A model generated the notes under the pieces. It was not told the origin of the DNA, searched no databases, and saw only the letters and a list, made by a program, of their open reading frames with translations. The position numbers and the translations under genes are program-made. Shown here one piece after another: positions 31,244 to 41,010 of a DNA stretch of 60,711 bases. Positions within the stretch are counted from its first letter, which is position 1, and every line of letters starts with the position of its first letter. This DNA comes from Alkalispirochaeta sp. (GTDB lineage: Bacteria; Spirochaetota; Spirochaetia; DSM-27196; Alkalispirochaetaceae): positions 1 through 60,711 of the forward strand of contig JBMCMH010000001.1 of assembly GCA_048614515.1 (NCBI GenBank), read 5' to 3'.

Positions 31244-32710
31244 CTACTGCACGTCAATCAAGACTTTATCGAAGGCCCGCAACTGCATATCTTCGGCAGT
31301 GTCCACCAGTTGAGCGGTTATTCGGCCATCACGATCCTCAAATCGGACCGTTCCAACAAACTCGTCATCTCTGCGAAACACGTAGCCGATCGATCCGATT
31401 GAGACGTTTCGGATTCGGTTTATGTACACCACAATATTCTCTTCATCCCGGGGATCAATAATGTACCCGGTGTCGCCGTTGACGCGGGCAAACTGGTCAA
31501 GAGCGAACAAGAACTCCGAGATTCTTGAATCCTGACGGTCGATCGTCTCGTCCCGCTCTTCGATCACCTCATCTCTGCCGATCACGGTATCCTGCAAGCG
31601 CTCCCGGATATCGTTATACTGAGCTAAGAGGTCCCGAGTCCGCCGATCGATTTGGGTTAGGGCCTCCGGAACGGAATTCTCGTAGGGAACCTCTTGTAAG
31701 CGCCCGATGAGCTGTTGAATATTGCTGTATTGGTCTTCCAAGCCACCGAAGTCGCTGCGGGAAATGATTCCTTCTTGCGAGAGCAGCGAGTCGTAGGGGC
31801 CGACCGACGCGAATCCCGCCGCAGCCTCGGACTCCGGCGTCCCCAATAGCTGCTCCACCGTCTCGTCGTCGAAAATCGGATTGTACCGCCGTTCCAGACG
31901 CGCGATCTCATTGGCATGGCGCTGTCGAATCGACTCCTCAAACTCTTCCTGATACTGTTCCAGCTCGGAGATCTCCCGTTCGTAGGATTGAGTGAGGGAT
32001 TCGATCTCCTGCTCGTACTCGTCCCGTAACTCCTGCATCTCCAGTTCGTGAAGTTCGTTCTGGTTATCAAGGAGCTCCTGCTGTTCCTGGGCTTGTTCAA
32101 GCTGCCGGCTGTCGTATTCCGCTACCCGTTCTTCCAGGTCCGCAATACGCGCCTGCAGTTCCTCGATCCGGGGCTGATACTCTTCATTCAGCGCCTCGAT
32201 CTCGGCCTCCGCCTCGTTCTCAATCCCTGCGATCTGGTCATTCAACTGGGCTTCGGAAAGCTCCTGCTCCTGAGCGAGTTGGATGTCCCGGTCGCGGGCT
32301 CGCTCAACTTGTCCTACTCGATTGTCAAACTCGTCTTCCACCTGTCGGAGTTCACGCTGAGCGGATTCCAACTCATTTTGAAGACGCTCCGCCTCATCCA
32401 GAATATCTCTCAGGTTTACGTCGGCAAAGTCCTGAATATCTACCTGTATGGACCGGCTGGATCGTTGGATGTATTGCGTAACCGCCACAACAACCACCGA
32501 AAAGATGACGATGAGGGCAAGGATGACCGCCGGCACCAGGATGCTCCGATTGCGACGAGTCTTCGCGAATTCAACCCCTACATCATACTGCTGCTGTTTT
32601 CGGCGAAACTCATTGACGATCTCCCGCAGGAAGACCTGCTTGCTACGCTCCACCAACTGTTTGGATTGAAAGCCACCATTTTGATCGGAGGAGCTCTGGT
32701 TTTCGTTCAT
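31244..32710 (-). CDS. Single-pass membrane coiled-coil protein with small C-terminal beta domain
   Basis: Start MNENQ gives ATGA coupling to the cyclase stop (alternative start 32728); TM segment ILVPAVILALIVIFSVVVVAV; long E/Q-rich coiled-coil. Confidence 0.8.
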   Translation of the reverse strand: MNENQSSSDQNGGFQSKQLVERSKQVFLREIVNEFRRKQQQYDVGVEFAKTRRNRSILVPAVILALIVIFSVVVVAVTQYIQRSSRSIQVDIQDFADVNLRDILDEAERLQNELESAQRELRQVEDEFDNRVGQVERARDRDIQLAQEQELSEAQLNDQIAGIENEAEAEIEALNEEYQPRIEELQARIADLEERVAEYDSRQLEQAQEQQELLDNQNELHELEMQELRDEYEQEIESLTQSYEREISELEQYQEEFEESIRQRHANEIARLERRYNPIFDDETVEQLLGTPESEAAAGFASVGPYDSLLSQEGIISRSDFGGLEDQYSNIQQLIGRLQEVPYENSVPEALTQIDRRTRDLLAQYNDIRERLQDTVIGRDEVIEERDETIDRQDSRISEFLFALDQFARVNGDTGYIIDPRDEENIVVYINRIRNVSIGSIGYVFRRDDEFVGTVRFEDRDGRITAQLVDTAEDMQLRAFDKVLIDVQ

Positions 32711-34407
32711 TTTTCCGTCATTGTCCATACGCCGTTCCAGTTTTCCGGGGCTTGCTTACCAGCTATGCGATCCCGAAAAGTTTGTGCCACCGTCAACGAA
32801 CTCTGCTCGAAATAGGGAACCGCTTCCGGCCAGTCGCCACGATAGTAGTGATGGAGTCCATGGGAAAAGGCATCAATATCCTGTCTCAGTTCGTCGTCCA
32901 TCTTGTCCACGGGGATCGGCCAGTAGATCTTCTTACCTTGGGTCTTACCCTTCACCTGCACCATATCCAACTCACAGAAGGTGTAGTCGTCAGTGTGATT
33001 CAGCACTTCATCTTTCACATACTCAGAGCAAATGACCGGTGTTTTGTAGAAGCGTGTTAGACCTTCCAGCCGGGAGGCGCTGTTCACATTATCACCAATA
33101 ACGGTGTTCACCATCCGCTCGTAGCTGCCGATATTGCCGTAGAATACCTGTCCCCCATCAAGTCCGACGCCAACCTCCAGAAGAACGGCCCGGTAGACGT
33201 TCTCCTCATCTTGCGTGAGGCTGCCCCGTTGCTCGAGGATCTGCTCTCGCCGGGCATGCATCTCCTTGCGGAGCTCCGCCGCCACTTCATGGATGCGATA
33301 TGCCGCCCGCAGAGATTGGACGCTTTTATTCTCAACATCACTGTCAACCGTACCAAAGACGGCCAAGAGGGCGTCACCAATAATCGATCCGATATCGCCA
33401 TCGTGCTCGTGAATGTGGCGAATCGCCTTGTCGTAGTGGAGATTCAAAAGCTTGATAATGTCCGTACCCAGGGTTTCCGTCATGAATGTGAAACTACGAA
33501 TATCGGTAAACAGAATCGTGAGTTCTTTCTTGCTTCCCTCGAGACGAATCTCCCGCTCTTTGTACGCTTTGGCGGCGACGTCGCGCGCCACAAACTTCTT
33601 AAAGATTCCCATCAGGTTATCAATGGTGTTGGCTAAGGAGTTAAACGCGACGCCCAGGTAGGTGATGTCGTCGTTGGGCGCGCCCTCGAGGTTCATGAGC
33701 ACCAATGACTGATCCGCCTGCATCCGCATGATGTTGTCCGTAATTACCCGCACAAATCTGAGAATGAAGCGCAGCAATAGAACCCCAACAAGAGCAAAGA
33801 TGGCGGTGATTACGACAATAATGAGCGAAACCTGGCGAAAGATTCGCTCAGAGTCGGCGTAGAATTCGCCGATCTCTTCACCTCGGACCTGCAAGATATC
33901 CCAACTACTATTGTATTTGTAGACCCCAAAGTAATCATAACCCTGAAAGGTGAAGTTGATCGTCCCCTCCTCCTCGCCGGCGGAGACGTTTTCCAGCATC
34001 TGTTGGAGCGCCGCTTCATCGGTGAACTCCGCCTGATCCTCCAGTTCACCCGCTTGGAAGAACAGCTCTCCCGATTCTCGGATGCCCAACGAAACCGACC
34101 GTGAGCCACGGTGGTTTCTCTCGGCAGCATTCTCGATGTCTTCGACCGCCCCTTCTTCATCAGGGTTGAAGTTAACGATTTCTCGCTGGTTATTGGCAAA
34201 GACATGAAGTTCTTTGAGGTCTTTTACCAGAAGTTGGTTGAGCAATCGAATTTGCTCACCGCGGTTTAACATCAGATTGATGTAATTAGTAGTGAAATTG
34301 GAGATGAGCAGAAAGAATGTAAAAATGACCGTAATCTTTACGATCATTGGTACCACCCGGGTACCGTTCAGCTTCTGTCCAAGGACCTTTTTTAGTAGAT
34401 CAGCCAT
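32707..34407 (-). CDS. Membrane-bound class III nucleotide (adenylate/guanylate) cyclase
   Basis: Two TM helices around a periplasmic domain, HAMP-like linker; ILFTDIRSFT, IIGDALL, TVIGDNVNSASRLE, VKGK. Confidence 0.92.
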   Translation of the reverse strand: MADLLKKVLGQKLNGTRVVPMIVKITVIFTFFLLISNFTTNYINLMLNRGEQIRLLNQLLVKDLKELHVFANNQREIVNFNPDEEGAVEDIENAAERNHRGSRSVSLGIRESGELFFQAGELEDQAEFTDEAALQQMLENVSAGEEEGTINFTFQGYDYFGVYKYNSSWDILQVRGEEIGEFYADSERIFRQVSLIIVVITAIFALVGVLLLRFILRFVRVITDNIMRMQADQSLVLMNLEGAPNDDITYLGVAFNSLANTIDNLMGIFKKFVARDVAAKAYKEREIRLEGSKKELTILFTDIRSFTFMTETLGTDIIKLLNLHYDKAIRHIHEHDGDIGSIIGDALLAVFGTVDSDVENKSVQSLRAAYRIHEVAAELRKEMHARREQILEQRGSLTQDEENVYRAVLLEVGVGLDGGQVFYGNIGSYERMVNTVIGDNVNSASRLEGLTRFYKTPVICSEYVKDEVLNHTDDYTFCELDMVQVKGKTQGKKIYWPIPVDKMDDELRQDIDAFSHGLHHYYRGDWPEAVPYFEQSSLTVAQTFRDRIAGKQAPENWNGVWTMTEK

Positions 34408-34527
34408 GGCTCCCTCTACTGTACCCCAAAAACGCTGTATCAGTAAGCCCGCGCCGGATAAACTCGACATAAATCAACAGGTTTTTCGGATTTCCCTGCG
34501 GGCCCTGCCCGCCGGAGGTATCGTTCG

Positions 34528-35178
34528 TTACGTCTCTCGTATGTCGATCACTTCTTGAATATGCTTCTCCACGGAGCTAATGAATGAGTCTTTGTCCATT
34601 CCGGACACCTTAATGATACAGACCGCGTTGGTGGGTTTATCTCCGGGCCACGTGCCGATAGAGATAATGTTTCCCCCGTGGTCAGCTACATCCGAGCCCA
34701 ACTTTGCCAACTCTCCCGGTTCTTCAGGAATTCGCAGGGTCGCTCGCAAACCTTTCTCCCGCGTCCCAAACAAGTCAATAAACAGGCGAAACATATCAGA
34801 TTCCGTGACAATACCAACCGGGAGATCCTCGTCATCCACCACGGGAAGACATCCAATATCGTTGTCTACCATTTTCCGCGCAGCGTCCTCTACAAGATCC
34901 TTCGGATGGGCGGTAAGAACGTTCTTCGTCATGACTTTGGAAACAACCAGCTTGGACAGGAGTCGAGTCATCTCATACACATCCAGAGTAGAAGCAGGCG
35001 AAGGAGACGCATACAGCAAGTCTTTTTCGCTCACGATACCGATGAGCCGTTTCGTGTGACCGTGTACGACCGGCAAGTGATGGAGATGCTCGCGTCGCAT
35101 GACATCTTGGGCGTCGGTCACCGGAGTGTCCGCGTGAACGGTGTAAAGGTTGTCACTCATTATTTTCTGCACAAGCAT
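34528..35178 (-). CDS. CBS-pair plus ACT domain protein (AcuB-like)
   Basis: HLPVV..GIVSEKDL, SPSPASTL, IGCLPVV, GIVTESD; C-terminal ACT (PGELAKL...GGNI). Confidence 0.88.
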   Translation of the reverse strand: MLVQKIMSDNLYTVHADTPVTDAQDVMRREHLHHLPVVHGHTKRLIGIVSEKDLLYASPSPASTLDVYEMTRLLSKLVVSKVMTKNVLTAHPKDLVEDAARKMVDNDIGCLPVVDDEDLPVGIVTESDMFRLFIDLFGTREKGLRATLRIPEEPGELAKLGSDVADHGGNIISIGTWPGDKPTNAVCIIKVSGMDKDSFISSVEKHIQEVIDIRET

Positions 35179-35199
35179 GACGGATTCCCCCTGTAGTGA

Positions 35200-35907
35200 T
35201 TATACGCCCAAATAGGCGGATTTGATCTCATCATTTGCCAATAAATTCGGCCCGGTATCTGCCATAGTGATACGTCCGGTTTCCATAACGTACCCACGGT
35301 GCGCTACTTTGAGCGCCTGGTTCGCGTTCTGCTCAACCAAGAAGATAGTGGTCCCGTTGTCCCGGTTGATCTGCGAGATGATTTCAAAGATCTGTTGCAC
35401 GATAAGCGGCGCCAATCCCAGACTTGGTTCGTCCAGTAGCAAGAGCTTGGGCCGCGCCATGAGGGCCCGGGAGATGGCAAGCATCTGTTGTTCGCCACCG
35501 GATAACGTTCCTCCGGCCTGCCCCTTGCGCTCTGCCAGGATCGGGAACAACGAGAACACGTAGTCCAGATCTCTCCGAATCCCTTCCCGATCCTTCCGGA
35601 GAAGGGCCCCCATGTCCAAGTTTTCCCGGACGGTGAGATGTGGGAAAATGTGACGACCTTCAGGAACTTGCGAAATTCCCAGGGCTACGATCCGATCGGG
35701 ATCGCGGCCAACCACCGATTCTCCCTCGAACACGATCTCGCCACTGCGAGGAGGAACGACCCCGCTGATCGACATAAGCGTAGTGGACTTCCCCGCACCG
35801 TTTGCGCCAATGAGCGTGATAATCTCACCGCGCTCCACCAGCAGATCAATTCCTTTGAGCGCTTCGATGTTGCCGTAGTACGTGTGGACCGACTTCAGTT
35901 CAAGCAC
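35200..35907 (-). CDS. livF: Branched-chain amino acid ABC transporter ATP-binding protein
   Basis: GANGAGKST, VPEGR, LSGGEQQML, LLDEPSLGLAP. Confidence 0.95.
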   Translation of the reverse strand: MLELKSVHTYYGNIEALKGIDLLVERGEIITLIGANGAGKSTTLMSISGVVPPRSGEIVFEGESVVGRDPDRIVALGISQVPEGRHIFPHLTVRENLDMGALLRKDREGIRRDLDYVFSLFPILAERKGQAGGTLSGGEQQMLAISRALMARPKLLLLDEPSLGLAPLIVQQIFEIISQINRDNGTTIFLVEQNANQALKVAHRGYVMETGRITMADTGPNLLANDEIKSAYLGV

Positions 35908-36691
35908 TTACTTCCTCCCCGAGATAGGCTTTGATCACTTCCGGATTGTTTCGCACTTCCTGCGGGGTCCCCGTAGCAATAAGACGTCCATAGTCCATGA
36001 CGTAGATCCGCTCCGAGAGAGACATAACCAGATTCATATCGTGCTCGATGAGGAAGATCGATACCTCTTCCGTATCACGGATTCGCTTAATGAGATTCTC
36101 CAGGTTCTTGGTCTCCTGCGGATTCATTCCTGCCGCAGGCTCGTCCAACAGCAGCAAGAACGGGTCGGTAGCGAGGGCACGGGCGATCTCAAGCCGCCGT
36201 TGTGCGCCATACGGCAAGTTTTTCGCCAGGTCATTTACGTACTGCTCCAGTTGCATACGCTTGAGAATCGCGTAGCTATCATGGATAACTTGCTCTTCTT
36301 CTTGCCGGGTCTTGCGCGTCCTGAAAATTGCTCCGAGGATTCCCGCGTTGAGGCGCGTATGACGACCAATCATGACGTTTTCCAAGACCGTCATATTTGC
36401 GAAGAGCCGAATGTTCTGAAACGTCCGGGCGACCCCTTGAGCCGCGATCGCGCTCGGTTTCTGTCCGGTGATTGAGCGCTCAGACTCGGACGGCGGATGG
36501 ATGATAATGTCGCCGGTGGTCGGCGTATAGACTCCGGTGGCACAGTTGAAAAACGTGGTTTTTCCCGCACCGTTGGGTCCGATCAGCGCGATGATCTCCC
36601 CTTGATCCATGGAGATGTCTACGTGGTTCACCGCGCGGAGTCCTCCGAAATCCATCGTCATGTTTTGGACGTTGAGCACTTGATGACTCAT
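35900..36691 (-). CDS. livG: Branched-chain amino acid ABC transporter ATP-binding protein
   Basis: GPNGAGKTT, RTFQNIRLF, LPYG.QRRLE, LDEPAAG, VIKAYLG; start MSHQV has ATGA overlap with livM. Confidence 0.95.
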   Translation of the reverse strand: MSHQVLNVQNMTMDFGGLRAVNHVDISMDQGEIIALIGPNGAGKTTFFNCATGVYTPTTGDIIIHPPSESERSITGQKPSAIAAQGVARTFQNIRLFANMTVLENVMIGRHTRLNAGILGAIFRTRKTRQEEEQVIHDSYAILKRMQLEQYVNDLAKNLPYGAQRRLEIARALATDPFLLLLDEPAAGMNPQETKNLENLIKRIRDTEEVSIFLIEHDMNLVMSLSERIYVMDYGRLIATGTPQEVRNNPEVIKAYLGEEVSA

Positions 36692-37959
36692 GGCGTTTGC
36701 TCCTCTTCTACCGGAAACGTATACGCCTTCCGCTTTTTCTGAATCAGTCCACCCGGACGAAACACCATCATCGTCACCAGAATCGCCCCAAACATCAGCA
36801 TCCGATAGTCTGAGAACGCCCGCAAGTACTCCGGTATCAAGATAAGTCCCAACGCGCCGACGATTACCCCAGGGATGGAGCCCATCCCGCCCAGCACCAC
36901 ACAGGACAAGACGATTACCGACTGCCATACGGTAAAACTCGCGGGGTTGATAAACGTCGTCCGTGACGCGAAGATCACTCCACCCATACCGGCCCACAAC
37001 GAGCCCAAGGCAAACGCGATGACTTTGGTTCTCGTGATATCGATGCCCATCGATTCGGCCGCAATATCGTCCTCACCCATGGCAACCAGGGCCCGGCCGA
37101 GCCGGGAGTTCTCAAACCGCCACACGACGAAGATAGTGAGCGCCACCGCCGCCACAATGATGTAGTAGGTATACGTCGTGGCGGTGGAGAGATTCATTTC
37201 CAGTCCAAAGAGTCCCGGCCGGGGGATACCACCGATACCCTGGGGACCTCCGGTGAGCGATGTCCAGTTGTTGAACACGATCCGCACAATCTCGGCAAAC
37301 CCCAGGGTCACAATCGCCAAATAATCACCGCGAAGCCGGATCACTGGGAGGGCCAGCAGCACCCCCGCCACCGTGGCCAGCACCGCCCCAATCGGCAGGG
37401 CTACCCAGAAACCGATCCCGAAAAAGTGATTCAAAATGCCGTAGGTATACGCTCCCACCGCGAAGAACGCGATGTAGCCCAGGTGGAGCATTCCCCCAAG
37501 GCCGATCACGATATTGAGACCGAGAGCGAGCATCACGTAGATCAGGGCCGTGCTCATGATGCTCGTCTGGTAGAGAGAATTCACCAGAGGAAAGATGATC
37601 ACCAGGAGAAAGAAGGTGATATAGAGCCCGCGACGGAATTTTTGTTGCGTCACGAACGCCCACAGCATTGCCATACGCTCCCGCACGGAGGTGCCGGCAC
37701 TCTTAATCTCTCCCAGGGAAACGGTTTCTTCTTCCGTTTTGACCTGAGCTTCCGCCTTACCCGGCGCTTTCCGACGGCTCAGGGCGAATCGCCACAGGAG
37801 CCCCCCAAGAAACGTGCCGACGCCTACATACAACATATTTTCCCAGCGCCACTGGATACTCAGATCCACTTGCCGCACGCGGAGTACCATGATCGGGAAG
37901 GTAAGAAACATGAACCACACTGCAACACCGAGGGTACGCCAGATCTCTCGAATACTCAT
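36688..37959 (-). CDS. livM: Branched-chain amino acid ABC transporter permease
   Basis: LALGLNIV.G, RLRGDYLAIVTLGFAEI, VVLGGMGS. Confidence 0.95.
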   Translation of the reverse strand: MSIREIWRTLGVAVWFMFLTFPIMVLRVRQVDLSIQWRWENMLYVGVGTFLGGLLWRFALSRRKAPGKAEAQVKTEEETVSLGEIKSAGTSVRERMAMLWAFVTQQKFRRGLYITFFLLVIIFPLVNSLYQTSIMSTALIYVMLALGLNIVIGLGGMLHLGYIAFFAVGAYTYGILNHFFGIGFWVALPIGAVLATVAGVLLALPVIRLRGDYLAIVTLGFAEIVRIVFNNWTSLTGGPQGIGGIPRPGLFGLEMNLSTATTYTYYIIVAAVALTIFVVWRFENSRLGRALVAMGEDDIAAESMGIDITRTKVIAFALGSLWAGMGGVIFASRTTFINPASFTVWQSVIVLSCVVLGGMGSIPGVIVGALGLILIPEYLRAFSDYRMLMFGAILVTMMVFRPGGLIQKKRKAYTFPVEEEQTP

Positions 37960-37972
37960 ACGGGATGCCCCC

Positions 37973-38881
37973 TCACACTTTCTGCACTTCCGGCTTACCG
38001 AGCAGGCCGGAGGGCTTAAAGATCAGAATCAAGACCAGAATGACGAATGCGAACACGTCCTCATACCGACTCGAGATATATCCTGCAGCGTACGCTTCGG
38101 CCATGCCCAACACCAGGCTTCCCAATACCGCTCCGGGGACACTTCCGATCCCTCCGAGGACGGCCGCCACAAACGCCTTGATGCCCGCGATAAAGCCGAT
38201 ATAGAAATTGATCTGACCAATAAAGGAGCTAATCAGGATTCCTCCCAACGCCGCAGTAAAGCTCCCGATAATGAACGTCCAGCTAATGACCCGATTCACG
38301 TTGATTCCGACCAGGGTCGCCATCGTACGATCCTGGCTGGTGGCGCGCATGGACTTTCCCATCTTCGTGAATTTAATAAGCACGGTGAGAATCACCATCA
38401 CCACCGCGGTGGTAATAAAGATGACCAACTGGGAAGAGTTCATGAGGCCTCGGAACGGACCGGGGATGCGTAACGTAGGCAACATGGACGGAAACGGAAG
38501 AAAATTGGATGTCTGGGACAAGAGTACATAATTCTGGAGGAACAACGACATCCCGATTGCGCCGATAAGAACTGACAGGCGCGGGGCGCGCCGGAGCGGT
38601 TTATATGCGAGCTTCTCTACGGTGTAGCCGTAGGCGGAGGAGTAGATCACCGCCACCAGACTCGCCAATACCAGAATCGCGAGAGTGGGCATTCCCATAA
38701 TGGAAAAGACCCCGGACATGATCAACGCGATAAAGGCCCCGATCATATAGATCTCGCCGTGGGCAAAGTTGATCAGTTTGATGATTCCGTAAACCATCGT
38801 ATATCCGAGAGCTAACAGAGCGTAAATGCTCCCTCTCGTGAGTCCGCTAAAGAACAGCCTGAAAAAATATTCTGTATCCAT
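37973..38881 (-). CDS. livH: Branched-chain amino acid ABC transporter permease
   Basis: YALLALGYTMVYGIIKLINFAHGE, KAFVAAVLGGIGS. Confidence 0.95.
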   Translation of the reverse strand: MDTEYFFRLFFSGLTRGSIYALLALGYTMVYGIIKLINFAHGEIYMIGAFIALIMSGVFSIMGMPTLAILVLASLVAVIYSSAYGYTVEKLAYKPLRRAPRLSVLIGAIGMSLFLQNYVLLSQTSNFLPFPSMLPTLRIPGPFRGLMNSSQLVIFITTAVVMVILTVLIKFTKMGKSMRATSQDRTMATLVGINVNRVISWTFIIGSFTAALGGILISSFIGQINFYIGFIAGIKAFVAAVLGGIGSVPGAVLGSLVLGMAEAYAAGYISSRYEDVFAFVILVLILIFKPSGLLGKPEVQKV

Positions 38882-38909
38882 ATTGTCTCTCAGTCCGCGC
38901 AGAACGGAA

Positions 38910-38941
38910 ACAGGCGGATGACGTACGCGCCACCCGCCTGT
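38910..38941 (-). other. Intercistronic hairpin after the Liv binding-protein gene
   Basis: ACAGGCGG...CCGCCTGT stem between livK and livH, a typical mRNA stabiliser or partial terminator position. Confidence 0.5.
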
Positions 38942-38966
38942 CTCTTCTTTCTACCTCGGGTGCGGG

Positions 38967-40091
38967 TCAGAGCTCGACGTAAACGCCGTCCTGAACTTGA
39001 TAGACGGCGAAGCCGACGCCCTCTGCATCACCACGATCATCAAACTTGATATCGCCCACGGGCGTGGAAACGACCTCCGAGTGGAGTGCATCAACGATAT
39101 CTTGGTACTCGGTGGATCCTGCCGCCTCAATGGCGTTGACGATCGCTTGAGCCGCAGCGTAGGCATTCATAAAGAACGGCCCCGGCTCTTCACCATACTC
39201 ATCGACGTGCGCCTGCTGAGCTTGCTGGGCAACCGGATTGTCGGCGGTGTCCATGGGACCGGTGGCATAGACGCCCTCGGAATCCTCGCCGGCAACATCG
39301 ATAAAGGATTCGTCCTTCACGCCGTCACCGGAAACAAACGGAACATCAATTCCTTGGGATCGCATTTGGCCCACGATCTTGGATGCTTCCGGATGGTAGC
39401 CACCAAAAATGACCGCTTCGGCGCCGGAAGAAGAAATCCGGTTGACGATTGCGCTGTAGTCAACTGCCCCAACCGTGACACCTTCGGTGAGCACGATTTC
39501 GACGTCGGGATATTCCGCTTCAAACGCTTCCTGGGAGAACTCCGCCAGACCCTGTCCGTAGTCGCCTCCGTCGTGAAGGATCGCGACGCTACTTGCTTCC
39601 AACTCTTCAGCCACAAACTGCGCCTGGAGCTGACCCTGGGCATCGTCCGGAGCGATCGTCCGAAAGAAGACGGGAAACTCTCCACTCTGCGTAAGGCCGG
39701 GGCTCGTGGCGGACGGAGAGATCGTAATGATCTCCTCACCAGTATAGATGCCCAACGCCGAACGAGTTGCACCGGAACAGATGTGTCCGATGACCGCTAC
39801 TACACCGTCACCCACGAGCTTTGCGGCGGTGTTGGTTGCGACCTCCGGCTGACACTGGTCATCTTCGATGATGAGCTCGATCTGACGACCGAGGATTCCG
39901 CCGTTGGCGTTGGCCTCCGCTACCACCAGCTCCGCAGCGTTGACCGTGGGCAGTCCATAGGATGCCAAGTCACCGCTGTGAGCTCCCGCTACGCCGATTT
40001 TAATCGGTCCACCTTCCGCTTGGCCCCCCGCAAACGCAAGGGTCGTCAGCAGAACCATAGCAACGAAAAACACGCTGAATTTATTTCGCAT
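38967..40091 (-). CDS. livK: Branched-chain amino acid ABC transporter substrate-binding protein
   Basis: IKIG, NANGGILG, DDQCQP, GHICSG, FRT..DD.QG; AGGAGG RBS before MRNKF. Confidence 0.9.
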   Translation of the reverse strand: MRNKFSVFFVAMVLLTTLAFAGGQAEGGPIKIGVAGAHSGDLASYGLPTVNAAELVVAEANANGGILGRQIELIIEDDQCQPEVATNTAAKLVGDGVVAVIGHICSGATRSALGIYTGEEIITISPSATSPGLTQSGEFPVFFRTIAPDDAQGQLQAQFVAEELEASSVAILHDGGDYGQGLAEFSQEAFEAEYPDVEIVLTEGVTVGAVDYSAIVNRISSSGAEAVIFGGYHPEASKIVGQMRSQGIDVPFVSGDGVKDESFIDVAGEDSEGVYATGPMDTADNPVAQQAQQAHVDEYGEEPGPFFMNAYAAAQAIVNAIEAAGSTEYQDIVDALHSEVVSTPVGDIKFDDRGDAEGVGFAVYQVQDGVYVEL

Positions 40092-40218
40092 GCCATTCCT
40101 CCTTTTAAAATTTGTCGCATTATGCTGTACAGTGCCCTGCTCGTGCAAGGACTGTTGCAGTCTTCCGTATAAATATACGCTGCCGTGAGAGGACCGGCTA
40201 CCGGTACCCGGCCACGTT

Positions 40219-41010
40219 TCAGCTCAACCGAGCTTCGTCACTTTCTAATTCCCGATGCCGAATGCGGTGGAAGCGATCCACCAGCTCTTCTACGGTGAGG
40301 CTGGATTTCTCCGCTCCCGAGACATCGAGGATAATTTCACCCTTGTCCATCATGAGCAGCCGATTTCCGAAGTCGATCGCGTGTTGCATGTTGTGGGTGA
40401 TCATCATCGTGGTGAGCTTGTACTCCTCCACATACTTTCGGGTGAGTTGCAACACCATCGCCGCGTTTTTTGGATCAAGGGCGGCGGTGTGTTCATCGAG
40501 AAGTATCAGCGCCGGCCGACTCAGTACCATCATCAGCAGTGTGAGTGCTTGACGCTGGCCGCCGGAAAGCAGCTTCACGTTGTCTTTCATCCGTCGCTCC
40601 AACCCCATTCCAAGGTCCACCAGCTGCTCCTGGAAGAACTCGCGACGCCGCCGATTAAGACTAATCTTGAGGCCCTTGAAGCCTTTGCGGTAGCAGATCA
40701 TCATATTGTCTTCCAGCGTCATGGAACCGGCGGTGCCAAGCATAGGGTTCTGAAAGATTCTTCCGATGTAGGCGGCTCTTCGGTACTCGGGTTCCCGCGT
40801 GACATCCCGATCGTTGATACGGATCACACCGCTGCTGGCCGGATATGCTCCAGCTATGAGGTTAAATAAGGTACTCTTTCCAGCACCGTTGCTCCCGATA
40901 ATCGTGATGAAGTCTCCCTCGCGGACCTGGAGGTCGGTGGGACGCAGCGCGGAGACCTCGTTCACGGTGCCGGGATGAAACGTCTTGCTTACCTGGTTGA
41001 GTTGAATCAT
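40219..41010 (-). CDS. ABC transporter ATP-binding protein (Trp/Tyr-type uptake system)
   Basis: GSNGAGKST, FQNP..GT, LSGGQRQAL, LDEHTAALDP. Confidence 0.92.
   Translation of the reverse strand: MIQLNQVSKTFHPGTVNEVSALRPTDLQVREGDFITIIGSNGAGKSTLFNLIAGAYPASSGVIRINDRDVTREPEYRRAAYIGRIFQNPMLGTAGSMTLEDNMMICYRKGFKGLKISLNRRRREFFQEQLVDLGMGLERRMKDNVKLLSGGQRQALTLLMMVLSRPALILLDEHTAALDPKNAAMVLQLTRKYVEEYKLTTMMITHNMQHAIDFGNRLLMMDKGEIILDVSGAEKSSLTVEELVDRFHRIRHRELESDEARLS

Noticed and set aside
35900-36997. Long N-terminal extensions in the ORF track (livG, also amrB, parA, proV, 10483-11247)
   Set aside because: They overlap neighbouring genes; downstream starts with an SD or ATGA coupling fit family lengths better.
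38997-40172. 391-aa ORF antisense to livK
   Set aside because: Mirror frame of a clearly identified gene.
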